A DNA stretch of 63,579 nt, the filler included, from Octopus bimaculoides (lineage: Eukaryota), in NCBI RefSeq assembly GCF_001194135.2. It is 5 parts of 5 records of this genome, joined end to end, with 100 filler letters (N's around TTAATTAATTAA, not from the genome) between each part and the next. Parts side by side here need not be neighbours in the genome. Positions count along the whole stretch, not along the records: positions 37,019 to 46,789 come from NC_068983.1; positions 46,890 to 58,770 come from NC_068987.1; 3 more parts are not named here. One strand, written 5' to 3'. The translations under genes and the position numbers were made by a program. Positions within the stretch are counted from its first letter, which is position 1; each line of letters begins with the position of its first letter. The notes under the pieces were generated by a model. It did not search any database and was not told where the DNA came from. It saw only the letters and a list, made by a program, of their open reading frames with translations. Shown in pieces: positions 39,655 through 51,804 of the stretch.

Positions 39655-40154
39655 ATGTAAAAAGCAACTGTGCTGGCACCACATGAAAAGCAACTGTGCT
39701 GGTTCTACATGAAAAGTAACTGTGCTGGTGCCACATGAAAAGTAACTGTGCTGGTGCCACATGAAAAGTAACTGTGCTGGTGCCACATGAAAAGTAACTG
39801 TGCTGGTGCCACATGAAAAGTAACTGTGCTGGTTCTACATGAAAAGTAACTGTGCTGGTTCTACATAAACAGTAACTGTGCTGGCACCACATGAAAAGTA
39901 ACTGTGCTGGTGCCACATGAAAAGTAACTGTGCCGGTGCCACATGAAAAGTAACTGTGCTGGCACCACATAAAAAGTAACTGTGCTGGCACCACATGAAA
40001 AGTAATTGTGTCGGTGCCACATGAAAAGTAACTGTGCCGGTGCCACATGAAAAGTAACTGTGCTGGCACCACATAAAAAGTAACTGTGCTGGCACCACAT
40101 GAAAAGTAATTGTGCTGGTGCCACATGAAAAGTAACTGTGCTGATGCCACATGA
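39655..40154. repeat. 26-bp minisatellite (gtgctggtgccacatgaaaagtaact), about 19 units, within family C retroposon sequence
   Basis: Contiguous tandem units with point variants and no spacers; flanks resemble 44894-45277. Confidence 0.95.
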
Positions 40155-42352
40155 ATAAAGAGCATTCATACTGGTGCATAAAAAGCGCCCGTGCTGGCAC
40201 CATGTGAAAAGCACCCATGCTAGTGGCACATAAAAAGCATCCAGTGAGCTCTGTAAAGTGGTTGACATTAGGAAGGATGTCCAGGCATAGAAACCATGCC
40301 ATGACAAACAATGGAACCTGATGCAGCTTTCCAGATGGCCAGCTCTTGTCAAACCATTGAACCAATGCCAGCATTAAAAACAGATGTTAAATGATACTGG
40401 TGCTAATATTATGATGATGATGATGTCAGGAAGGAAGGCTATGTCTTTCACTCATTATTGGGATGCTGAGACTGTTGGGTGGGATGAGGAGAATTGGGGA
40501 AAGAATCCTAAAGACGGAATTGAAACCTGGCATGAATTCTTGCAACTGAGTGCTCTCTGCTAAAAGGAGGCCTAAGATGCCTGGTGGTGATGCTAACCTG
40601 GGTGGTAGATTTGAACACAAAATGCAAAGAGTTGGAACAAATACTGCAAGGTATCCAAGCTGTTGTATTTACTATTCCACTAATCCTGTCCCTTGACTGG
40701 TATTTTTTTATGAATTTGAAAGGATTAACCCTTTAGTGTTCAGATTACTCTGTTAAATGTTATACTTTTTCACTCAAATTGTTTTGAGTTAATCATGCAT
40801 TATCTTATAGCTTTGAGGTTTCAATGATGTGATTGTTTATTTTTAGAATGTCAATGTAGGTTAGGTGTGAGAGGCTAGATATTGCCAGTTTGAATATAAA
40901 ACATGTAGAATATCTGGACCAGATATGGTCAGTTTAAACACTGAAGGGTTAAAGATGAAGTTGACCTCAGTAGGTCAGGAAAATCTTGCTACTGGTCTCA
41001 TGTAGCTGAGTACTACCTGTTTTGTAGTCGGGTGGTTGCAACCAAACCAGCTCCTTCACCTAGCTTGCCAGGTGAGGAGAGTATTGTGGACACTGTGTAA
41101 GATTTAAAACAAGACCTGTCAAAGGACGAATGAGCTCACTGTGAGCCAACAGCTCACAAGCAGTGTCTCGTGAAAAACTGTTTGTCTCAGCTGACAAACT
41201 GTGCAGTTGATCAAAGGCTATAGCCATTAAAACACCAATAAATGATATGTTGTGTTCTTGAGTTGGGACTCAATATCCAGGAGTGATTTAGTGAAGAATG
41301 GGAAGACCTCAGAAGGATTGGAACGTGGAATGCAGAAAATCTAAACAAACACCACTAAGCATTTTGTCTGATGCTCTGCTCTGAATTTTTTTCCCTTAAA
41401 AATGAAATTTGATGTAATTTGTTGCAAAAAAAGGTTGCCATATTTTATTATTTTCGTTAAATTCTTTAGAAAGGATTGGTATTGTAAGAATCATTGTTAA
41501 GTGTTTCTGTTCACCTTTTAACTTACAGCCAGAAAGTTAAAATTTCGACCATAAAGAAGGCATGGTGATTGAGTAATCAGTTAAGCTGCTAATTTTGGTT
41601 AGTCCAATCTTTGGAAATGGTTCAAAATCTATGTCTGATGCCTATACGTCCTAGTTTGCTTAATTGGAAAGGTTTCCTTCTCCTCTTCACATTTTTTTCA
41701 GATATAATTCTTCGATTCATAACATTGATATTTCTAGGCTTCAAGAACATCGGCAATTGATATTTGATTGGTTTATCTGTTTCTGTGCAACTTGTTGTTT
41801 TGTTTGGCAGAAGCTGAAGAACGTGATTTGATTATTGGAATAAATCGTTATTCAGAGATTTGTTCAAGAAGCTGTACTCTATTTTTCAAATGTCTTCTGG
41901 GTGTTGCCTTTTGAATAACTTGCAGAAGATGTAATTATATTTGCTTCTTTTACGGTTATAAGTGCACACAAATCACATTGTTCATATAACTATCCAAAAA
42001 TTCATTGGTTCTTTTTTCTAATCATGTGAAGAAGTGGCCATTCATTAAAAAAAAATATATATATATATAGATGCATAAAACTAAAAACAAAAAAAAAAAT
42101 CCAAAAAATAACATATAGCACACGCAAAAAAATTAGTAATGAATCCAGTAAAATTGAAAAATATATTAGAAAAAAAAAACAAAAAAAACAGCAAGCAATG
42201 TTAATTCTGAATACAATTTGAATTAATCTATGGTTGTTGTTTGAATTTATTTAATTATTTTTATTTTTATTTTTTATAATGAAATGGAATTGTTTGTGAG
42301 GGGAAAACATATAACAACAACAACAATAAAGAGAAAGAGAGAGAGAGAGAGG

Positions 42353-42406
<54 letters not shown>

Positions 42407-42831
42407 NNNNNNNNNNNNNNNNNNNNNNNNNNNNNNNNNNNNNNNNNNNNNNNNNNNNNNNNNNNNNNNNNNNNNNNNNNNNNNNNNNNNNNNNNNNNNN
42501 NNNNNNNNNNNNNNNNNNNNNNNNNNNNNNNNNNNNNNNNNNNNNNNNNNNNNNNNNNNNNNNNNNNNNNNNNNNNNNNNNNNNNNNNNNNNNNNNNNNN
42601 NNNNNNNNNNNNNNNNNNNNNNNNNNNNNNNNNNNNNNNNNNNNNNNNNNNNNNNNNNNNNNNNNNNNNNNNNNNNNNNNNNNNNNNNNNNNNNNNNNNN
42701 NNNNNNNNNNNNNNNNNNNNNNNNNNNNNNNNNNNNNNNNNNNNNNNNNNNNNNNNNNNNNNNNNNNNNNNNNNNNNNNNNNNNNNNNNNNNNNCCCCCA
42801 GAAAACAAAAAATAATACAAATAAAACAATA

Positions 42832-42894
<63 letters not shown>

Positions 42895-43199
42895 CAGTGG
42901 AAGTAGAAGACAAAAAATTAGTTAGAAAAAACCAAACCTTGGAGCAAATTTGAATTTGAATTAGTTTACCTCTTGTTGCTGAAAAGAATTACAAAATTTT
43001 TATATTTAATGATCAGTTTACTGTAATCTTTGGTGGTGGCATAATTATAAATGAACAGTCATTATTCTTATGTCTTCAGAAGAGAGACTGTCTTACCATT
43101 TCTATTGTATATCTATCAGTGAGCCTCAAGTCTTATTCAATCTGGAACTTCGTTGGTTCGTTGATGATAGTGATGAGTGTTCCTGCTGATTCGATCAAT

Positions 43200-43490
43200 A
43201 GAACAGCTTGCTCGTGAAATTAACGAGCAAGTGGCTGAGTACTCCATGGACACATATACCCTTAATGTAGTTCTCAGAGAGATTCAGTGTGACATGACAC
43301 AGAATGTGACAAGGCTGGCCCTTTGAATTACAGTTACAAGTCACACCACATTTTTGCCAACTGAGTGGACCGGAGCAATGTGAAATAAAGCATGTTCCTC
43401 AAAGACACACTGTGCCACCAATAATCGAACCCAGAACCTTACAATCAGAAGCTGAATACCCGAACCATTAAACTGTGTACCTTCACCACA
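43200..43490 (-). mobile_element. tRNA-head SINE, family D (related copy at ~45700-45980)
   Basis: Both copies share ctgagtg(g/a)ac(c/t)gga(g/a)caa..tgaaataaag..t..ctcaa..cac.., followed by a reverse-complemented B-box (gaacccag / gaactcac). Confidence 0.6.
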
Positions 43491-43740
43491 GTCTATTAGG
43501 AAGAAGAGGAAAGCCACCCTTGATGTTCTGGGTTTGGGGTTCTCATCCTTCTGTTCACTGAAGCTCACTATAAATTAGAACAACAGAGTCTATTTATACA
43601 GTGTTTCTGCTGTTGAAAGTAGTAATGTGTATCTCTCAGTGGAACCTATATACAGTTTGTAGAATGGCTGAACAAAAGTTACTGTGTCTACTTGTGTATA
43701 AGTTGCACTGTTTATTCTTGGTATTAATTGAAAAACTAAA

Positions 43741-44188
43741 GTGGTGTGCTGGCAGAAACGTTAGCACGCCGGTAAAAATGCTTAGCGGTATTTCGTCTGT
43801 CTTTACGTTCTGTGTTCAAATTCCACCGAGGTCGATTTTGCCTTTCATCCTTTCGGGGTCTATAAATTAAGTACCAGTTGCATACTGGGGTCAATCTAAT
43901 CGACTGGCCCCCTCCTCCCAAATTTCAGGGCTTGTACCTCGAGTAGAAAGAAAAGAATATACCTATGTATTAAGGCAGCGAGCTGGCAGAAATGTTAGCA
44001 TGCCAGAAGAAATGCTTAGTGGTATTTCATCTGTCTTTATGTTCTGAGTTCAAATTCTGCTGTGGTCAACTTTGCCTTTCATCCTTTCATTATCGATAAA
44101 TTAAGTACTAGTTGTATACTGGGGTCGATCTAATCGACTGGCCCCCTCCCAAAAAATTTCGGGCCTTGTGCCTAGAGTAGAAAAGGTG
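43741..44188 (+). mobile_element. Two tandem SINE family A copies (43741-43950 and 43974-44188)
   Basis: Both show the family A head and body and end ...gggcttgt(a/g)cct..agtagaaa. Confidence 0.85.
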
Positions 44189-44893
44189 GTTATAGTGGTG
44201 GTGGTGGTGGTGGTGATGGTGGTGGTAGTGGTGGTGGTGAATTGTATCATAAAAGTGTATGGTTTTCTTTCTGCTTCTTTTGACTGCATGTTGTATTTGT
44301 GATATTAGTTGTGTTTGTGATATTTACTGTATAAATGATAGGATTATCCCATAAATTAATCCTCATGAAAATGTCTTTAAGGAGCTTATATATAAATATA
44401 TCTTCAATATGTCTTCTCAGTTACAGCAGTGAAAGTTTTTCCATGTTTGAAAATAAATGTACACTGACTTATTTTAATCATGACGACTTATTTTGCCTTT
44501 CATTAATTAAATCCAACTTGACAATGCTTTGCACACTCCAGCAAAATTATTATTGTTGTTTACATCAAAAGAATTGCAGTTCACTGGGGGAAATGAACAG
44601 TAGATTTAGTGTCTGAGGCTGATGAAGTCTAACAACACAGAAACACGTTACACAATCCAATGACATTATTCACTGCCTAGCTTGGTGTCTTCTGACACGC
44701 ATTTTTTATGAGGTAAATTTCTTTTCCAATACAGTCCCAACCACAAAGATCTTTTCAGATTTCTGTATACATGAATATCTTTAATACAAAGGTACATTTA
44801 TTTAATCATCACTTCTTAACGTGCCTTTAAATTGATTAATTCTAGCTTGACGATGCTTTACACACACCAGCAAATTTATTTATTCTCTACATA

Positions 44894-45277
44894 CGTCGTC
44901 TCCTTCATTGGACACTAAACTCGGCTTGCGAAGACCTGTTGGGGAAAGCGAAATTGTGATGGCACGTGTAAAGACATTTGAGCGAGATCATTGCCAGTGC
45001 CGCTGGACTGGCTCCTGTGCAGGTGGCACGTACAATACACCATTTTGAGCGTGGCTGTTGCCAGTACCTCCTGACTGGCCTTCGTACTGGTGGCACATAA
45101 AAGCACCCACTACACTCTCAGAGTGGTTGGTGTTAGGAAGGGCATCCAGCTATAGAAACTCTGCCAAATCAGATTGGAGCCTGGTGTAACCATCTGGTTC
45201 ACCAGTCCTCAGTCAAATCGTCCAACCCGTACTAGCATGGAAAGCGGACATTAAACGATGATGATGATGATGATGAT
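44894..45277 (+). mobile_element. Retroposon family C (RTE-like 3' end, (GAT)n tail)
   Basis: Internal repeats ggtggcac(g/a)ta..a, then ttaggaagggcatccagct...aaccc.t.ctagcatggaaagcggacattaaacgatgatgat. An inverted copy lies at 46533-46681. The RTE assignment is an inference from the tail style. Confidence 0.7.
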
Positions 45278-46335
45278 ATAAAAATGGCAGTTCTTGTGGG
45301 CTATGAATGACAGATTTGGTGCCTGTGGGGGACATGGAATGGTTTAGAGACATGTGACCTGCAGTCCATACATTGGCCATGCTGTTTAGATACTTCCCAT
45401 GTAAGTAACTTCCTTACTTTGAAGTCTTTGAGAAGTTGACTCATAATCCTAGGTATTTCGACTCTTTGACTCCCCTCTTAGCAATGCCTCCTGTTGTCAT
45501 TAGAATTGCATGGTCTGTGAGGATATTGGTAGGTGATGACCTTGGCTTAGTAGTATTCAACTAAAGACCAAACTTGGCACATTTCTTCTCAACTGTACTC
45601 AAGGCCTCCTGTATTTGTAACTGTTCTCTATAGTTTTGTGCTGTTCTTTTTTATGAGATTCCCTTTGGTTACAAACTACCATGGGATTGTACCTAGAAAG
45701 TTTCCCTCCGAGGCACAAGTCCGGGCAAGGTTTATGGAAGACCACCAGTTGCCCATGCATATGAATCTTCCCTGTTCATGCCACTGATGGTGTCCAAGGA
45801 AAAGGCAAAAGCTGATGCGTCTTGGCACCAGTGACATTACTACTCATTTCTACAGCTGAGTGAACTGGAACAACATGAAATAAAGTGTCTTGCTCAAGAG
45901 CACAGCACACAGCCTGGTCTGGGATTTGAACTCACTACCTCATGATTGTGAGCCCGATACTCTAACCACCGAGTCATGCTGTTCTTAATGCTAGCTATTT
46001 AGCAATATCACGAGAGACATAACAGCTGACTCAAGATATTTGATGTGGTTGTTCAACCAGCTACAAATAGCAACTGAGTCTCCCTCAAATTACACCTGCT
46101 CATTTTACCTTAAATAATGAAACGATGAATTAGGTAATGTAATCCTCAGGCCAGGTACAGGCATGGCTGTATTGTTAAGAAACCTGCTTTGTAACTTCAT
46201 GGCTCTGGGTTCAATCCGACTGTGCCACATTTTGACATTTTGGGCAAGTGTAGCTAACCAATGCCTTGCGAGTGAATTTGGTAGATTGAAACTGTGTGAA
46301 AACCTGTCATATATACATTATTTACTTTATTTACT

Positions 46336-46525
46336 CTCCAGCCTTCATCAGGTGTCTTGGGGAAATTTTGAACCTGGGTTCTCATTCCTAAGGTAATTTC
46401 CCCAAGACACCTGAAGAAGGCTGGAGGGTGTGTCAGCCGAAACGTGTCAACAACAAACAAGATGAGGACAAATGTTCGTCAAATGCAAATAATGTAAATA
46501 ATGTAAATAAAGCACATAATTCCTC
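46336..46525 (+). mobile_element. PLE terminal fragment: 32-bp inverted repeat plus a broken hammerhead
   Basis: 46336-46367 is the reverse complement of 46395-46426 with one mismatch. The core reads gacac-CTGAAGA-a ggctg...cagcc-GAAAC-gtgtc. Confidence 0.65.
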
Positions 46526-46936
46526 CTCCTCCTCATCATCATCGTTTAACATCCGCTTTCCATGCTAGCATGGATTGGACGATTTGACTGAGGACTGGTG
46601 AACCAGATGGCTACACCAGGCTCCAATCTGATTTGGCAGAGTTTCTACAGTTGGATGCCCTTCATAACGCCAACCACTCCGATGTATATATATATATAAA
46701 AGGCCTCACCTTCTTTTTGATTTCCAATGTGCATTTTCTCTTATTTTTCTGCTTACTTTCCCCTTACATTTCCACGTGTAGTTTCTATTNNNNNNNNNNN
46801 NNNNNNNNNNNNNNNNNNNNNNNNNNNNNNNNNTTAATTAATTAANNNNNNNNNNNNNNNNNNNNNNNNNNNNNNNNNNNNNNNNNNNNATATATATATA
46901 TAAGGGATAAATGCACACACACGCGCATGTGCCTCT

Positions 46937-46967
<31 letters not shown>

Positions 46968-47094
46968 CATACACTTAATATATTTATGTGCAGGTATTCA
47001 CGTGTGACTGCAAATATACATACATGCATACATGCATACATACATAATACATATATACATACATACATACACACACATACACACATACATACAT

Positions 47095-47142
<48 letters not shown>

Positions 47143-47143
<1 letters not shown>

Positions 47144-48334
47144 CAGGTCATTAAGGATGAAATGTCCGATTTTGAACTGAAAGTTTATTTTACTTTAACT
47201 CAACAAAAAGCAATGCACTTAATCAAAGTATGCACCTAAATTATCAACACAATTTTTGCCATTTTATTGGTAGCTTATTTATGCCAGCAGTGAAGAATTC
47301 TGGAGAGCAAGAGGTGATGAAATCACGAAAGGCTGTTTTTGCATCTTCTTCAGATTTGAAGTTTTTTTCCTTGAAAAAAGTTGTCTAATGCCTAGAAAAC
47401 GTGATAGTCAGTTGGTGCAAGGTCTGGTGAATATGGTGGATGACAGAGTACTTCCAGTTTGAGTTCCTGTAACTTAAGAAGCGTTCTTTGTGCAACATGT
47501 AGTCGAGCATTGTCTTGCAAGAAAATTGACCTGTCTCTATTGACCAATTTCGGTTGTTTAATTGCAATTTCATTCATCATTTCATCCAATTGGTTGATGT
47601 ATACATGCGCTGTAAGTGACTTACCAGATCTCATGAACCTGTAATGGATGACACCAGTGCTGGACCACCAAATAGACACCATTAACTTTTTAGGTGAATA
47701 TTCTTTTTTTGGGTTGCATTTTGGCACTTTGTCTCTATCCAACCACCATGCAGAACGTTTGCTATTGTTCAAATGAATCCATTTTACATCATACGTAACA
47801 ATACTATGCAAAAATGCTTCGTTTTTATGCTGTGACAGCAAAGAACGGCAAATTTCAAGACGACGTGTCATGTGATGCTCATTCAGTTCGTGTGGTACCC
47901 ACTTATCCAGCTTCTTTACCTTGCCGATCTGTTTCAGATGGTCTAATACAGTTGGAATAGAAACATCAAACCTTGCTGCTAATTCACGCATAGTTTGAGA
48001 TGTACCCACTTCCACTACAGTTTCCAGCTCATCATTACCCACCTTGGTCTCAGGTCTACCACGGGGCCGATTTTCAAGAGTAAAGTCACCAGACCGGAAC
48101 GTCTCAAACCATCGACGTACAGTGTGCTCGTTCGCCACATCTTCACCAAACACCTCTTTGATGTTTCGAGTTGTCTGGGATGCATTTGTTCCACGATTGA
48201 ACTCATATTCATAAACAACACGAATTTTTTTTATCTATCCATAGATTTATAAAAATTGATTTACAAGAGAAAACTCACAATATAATTAGACACTATAAAT
48301 TGCATTTCGAAAAGTGACATTTTTAATGACCTGA
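47143..48334 (-). mobile_element. Near full-length mariner (DD34D) transposon
   Basis: 253-aa open segment with WVPHEL, TYDVKW (degenerate first-D region), QDNARLH and HPPYSPDLAPTDYH; D34D spacing. Ends tcaggtcattaa (47143) and ttaatgacctga (48334) are inverted, with TA on the left. Confidence 0.93.
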
Positions 48335-48336
48335 CA

Positions 48337-48371
<35 letters not shown>

Positions 48372-48379
48372 GTCTACAC

Positions 48380-48545
48380 GCAGGCTTGGCTGTGTTGTAA
48401 GTAAGTAGCTTGCTTCCCAGTCACATGACCTCGGGTTCAGTCCCACTGCATGGCACCTAGGGCAGGTGTCTTCTACTATAGCCACGGGTCGACCAAAGCC
48501 TTGTGAGTGGATTTGGTAGACGGGAACTGAAAGAAGCCGGTCGTA
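48380..48545 (+). mobile_element. SINE family B head
   Basis: ggctgtgttgtaag...ggttcagtcccactgc.tggcacct.gggca.gtgtcttctactatagcc...gaaagaagcc. Confidence 0.85.
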
Positions 48546-48584
48546 TATATATATACATACATACATATATATAGCAGATCTCGT

Positions 48585-51500
48585 AGTCATTCAACTTCTA
48601 GGACACAACCTGGTATGTGCTGGTATCATACGACATTCGCTGACAAGGCACGCAAGTGCATCCAGCCATGCTCATTCAAAACAGCGGGAAACGAGTCAAG
48701 GAGGAACTGAGCACGTCAGTTTCCTCCTCACAACTTTCTTTTAATCGCGCAATTTTTGTGCAAGACCAGGTGTCGAAGAAATACTTCATGGTGAACACTG
48801 GTTCGTGTTGTAGTATCTGGCCACTCCGCCTCACTACTTTTGGTCAGCTGCGATTAGACATCGGTCTTCGTAGGGATTTTCAATGGGTTTTTGTCATAGC
48901 TGACTTCCCGCATCCTATTTTGGGTACGGACTTCTTAAGCCATTTTCACTTGTTGGTAGATGTCCGGCGTCGGAGGCTCGTCGACGATTCAACATCCCTC
49001 TCCACGCCGGCAAAGAGCTCTACCAACTCACCTCTCAGCCCAGCTGGGGACGTTTTTCATTCGCTTCTAGCTTCCTTTCCCGAGCTGGTGGACATGACGT
49101 TTAAGCCGGCAAAGCCCGCTCATTCCACCCTCCATTATATCAAAACAACTGGGCTGCCTGTTTTTTCGCGCCCACGACGTCTAGAGACGGCTAAGGCCGA
49201 GTTTGAACACATGCATCAACTCGGCCTCATACGCCCCTCCTCCAGCCCATGGGCATCTCCCCTTCATTTAGCGCGGAAAGGGGATACAGATTTTTGCCCG
49301 GTGGGGGACTATCGGCGACTCAATGCTGTAACGGGCCCAGATCGTTATTCAATTAGGAATTAGCAGGATTTTTCAGCAAATCTATACGGTTGCACCATCT
49401 TTTCCAAGATTGATTTGGTTCGAGCTTATCATCAAATCCCAGTTAATCCAGAGGACGTTCCCAAAACTGCCATCACTACTCCTTTTGGCTCTTTTGAATT
49501 TCTTTTCATGAGCTTCGGTCTGCGGAATGCTACATGCACTTTCAAACGATTTATAGACGAAGTTGTTCGTGGGCTTGACATACTCATCGCTAGCGATACA
49601 AAAGAGAATCATCTCCACCATTTGTCGCAACTCTTTCAGCGACTCCGCGCTTTCAACGTCAAAATAAACCCCGACAAGTGTGTTTTCCGGCAGTCCTCCT
49701 TGGAATTTCTAGGTCACTTCATTGATTATAGTGGAATCAGACCTCTTACTGCTAAGGTCGATGCCATTCAATGCATCGCCCTCCAACTTCTTTGAGACAG
49801 TTGCGCCATTTTTTAGGTATGGTCAACTTCTACAGAAGATTTATAGACCGGTATGCGGACTAGCTACTTCCTTTAACAAGGTTACTGCAAGGCCATTCTA
49901 AAAAGGATGCTCAACTCACTCTTTCTGCTGAGGCGTTGTCTGCCTTTGAGTCCGTGAAACAGGAATTATCCACCGTTCCTGTTCTTGCACATCCGGCTCC
50001 TGATGCTCCGCTCTTTTTATCTGTGGATGCTTCGGATTCTGCGGTTGGTGCTGTTTTGCAGCACACCGTAGATAACCAAACGCAACCTTTGGCTTTCTTT
50101 TCTTGCCAATTGCAGCCTGCCGAACGCAGATATAGTACTTTTGATCGTGAGTTATTAGCGATCTATCTGTCGGTTCGGCATTTTCAGCACCAGCTCGAGG
50201 GACGGGAGTTTGTGATTTACACTGATCATAAGCCCCTTACGTTTGCTCTGTCTTCTAAAACAGACAAACTCTTTCCTCGTACCTTCCGTCACCTAGACTA
50301 TATTTCACAGTTTACAGGTAACATTCGTCATGTGCCAGGGAAGAAGAACATCCCTNNNNNNNNNNNNNNNNNNNNNNNNNNNNNNNNNNNNNNNNCCCTG
50401 CTGATGCTCTCTCGAGACTCCCTGTCAGTTCTATTTCCTCTCCTGCAACAATTGATTTACTTGCTATTTCGCAGGACCAACCTCCCTTGTCGAAGGTAGA
50501 TTTAACTTTGCCAAAATTCAACAATTGTAAATTTGTCTATCTTCCTCTCCCTTCATCAGAAGGTTCTATATTGTGTGACACACCCACCGGTTCTCCTAGG
50601 CCTTTAGTACCTGAGAACCATCAACGTTCTGTTTTTGATGCCCTTCATTCCTTGTCACATCCGGGCATCTCTGCAACAGTAAAACTTGTCACTGCTCGGT
50701 TTTTCTGGCTCAACATGCAGCGATCAATTACCACTTGGGCACGCTTTTGCATGAAGTGCCAGAGTGCGAAAATCCATAGGCACGTTCGTGTCCCACTTGG
50801 ACAATTTCCTTCTCCAGAGGCCCGTTTTTGCCATGTTCACCTTGATTTGGACGGACCATGGCCTGTGAGTCGCGGGTTCTCATATCTCTTAACTTGTGTT
50901 GATCGTTTCTCCCGCTGGCCAGAAGCCATTCCTATAGCAGATATTTCTTCTGAGACTGTTGCACGAGCCTTCGTGTCTGGCTGGGTTTCTCGGTTCGGCG
51001 TACCGTCCAGCCTGACCACGGATCGTGGTTGACAATTTGAAGCCGCGTTATTTCGTGAGTTATCACCAATCCTGAGGGTGCATCATATATGCACCACCAG
51101 CTACCATCCCGCTTGTAATGAGATGGTGGAGCGTTTTTATAGGCAACTAAAGGCCACATTGCGCGCATCGCCCATTCCGCAGTCGTGGGCTGAATTTCTT
51201 CCCGTTGTCCTACTTGGATGCCGGACTGCAGTTAAAGCAGACCTGGGTTTTTCTTCAGCAGAACTATTGTATGGTACCACACTGGCAATGCCTGGTACGA
51301 TGTTGGTACCAGACAAATCATAGCCTCAAAATCCAGCGTCCTATGTCACTCGATTACGAGATTATTTTTCTAACCTTCCTACTATGGGTCCCCGGTAACA
51401 ATCTCCACCTTCTAAAGTGCCACCAGACATTGATTCTTGGTCACATGTTTTTGTTGGGGATGATTCTGTCAGAGGACCCCTTGTTTCTCCTTATAAAGGA

Positions 51501-51804
51501 CCCTTTCGTGTGCTTTCTCGCACTCCGAAGTTTTTCAAAATCGACGCTAATGGTCGTACAGAGAATGTGTCTGTCGACCGTCTGAAGAAAGCGTATTTTG
51601 ATAAAACTACATCTTCCGTTGACAATACTGACATGCCCGCCTTTCAACCTTTGCAAACACCTTTGTCAACACCATCACCAACACATACACCTGTGACAAC
51701 TCCACCTTCGTCGTTGCGAACTAACTCGCATGAACACTATGTCACTAGGTCTGGCCGCACAGTGCATTGGCCAAAGAAACACTCCAAGACAATTTATATT
51801 TGAC
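48585..51804 (+). mobile_element. Ty3/gypsy LTR retrotransposon (CsRN1/Kabuki-like), gag end plus decayed pol; LTRs not visible
   Basis: Gag CWYHTTFADKARKCIQPC; protease FMVNTGS...ILGTDFL; [41 protein letters not shown]; RNase H DASDSAVGAVL, DRELLAIY, TDHKPL; integrase [41 protein letters not shown]; ends TRSGRTVHWP. In-frame stops at 49361 and 51030. Confidence 0.95.
48686..48728 (+). promoter_or_regulatory. -1 programmed ribosomal frameshift signal at the gag-pol junction
   Basis: Slippery G GGA AAC in the gag frame, a 6-nt spacer, then stem aggaggaactga / tcagt(t)tcctcct with loop gcacg. Pol is in the -1 frame and the gag stop is at 48708-48710. Confidence 0.8.

Noticed and set aside
39655-40154. 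CRISPR-like appearance of the 26-bp repeats
   Set aside because: Units are contiguous with no unique spacers, there are no cas genes, and the context is eukaryotic.
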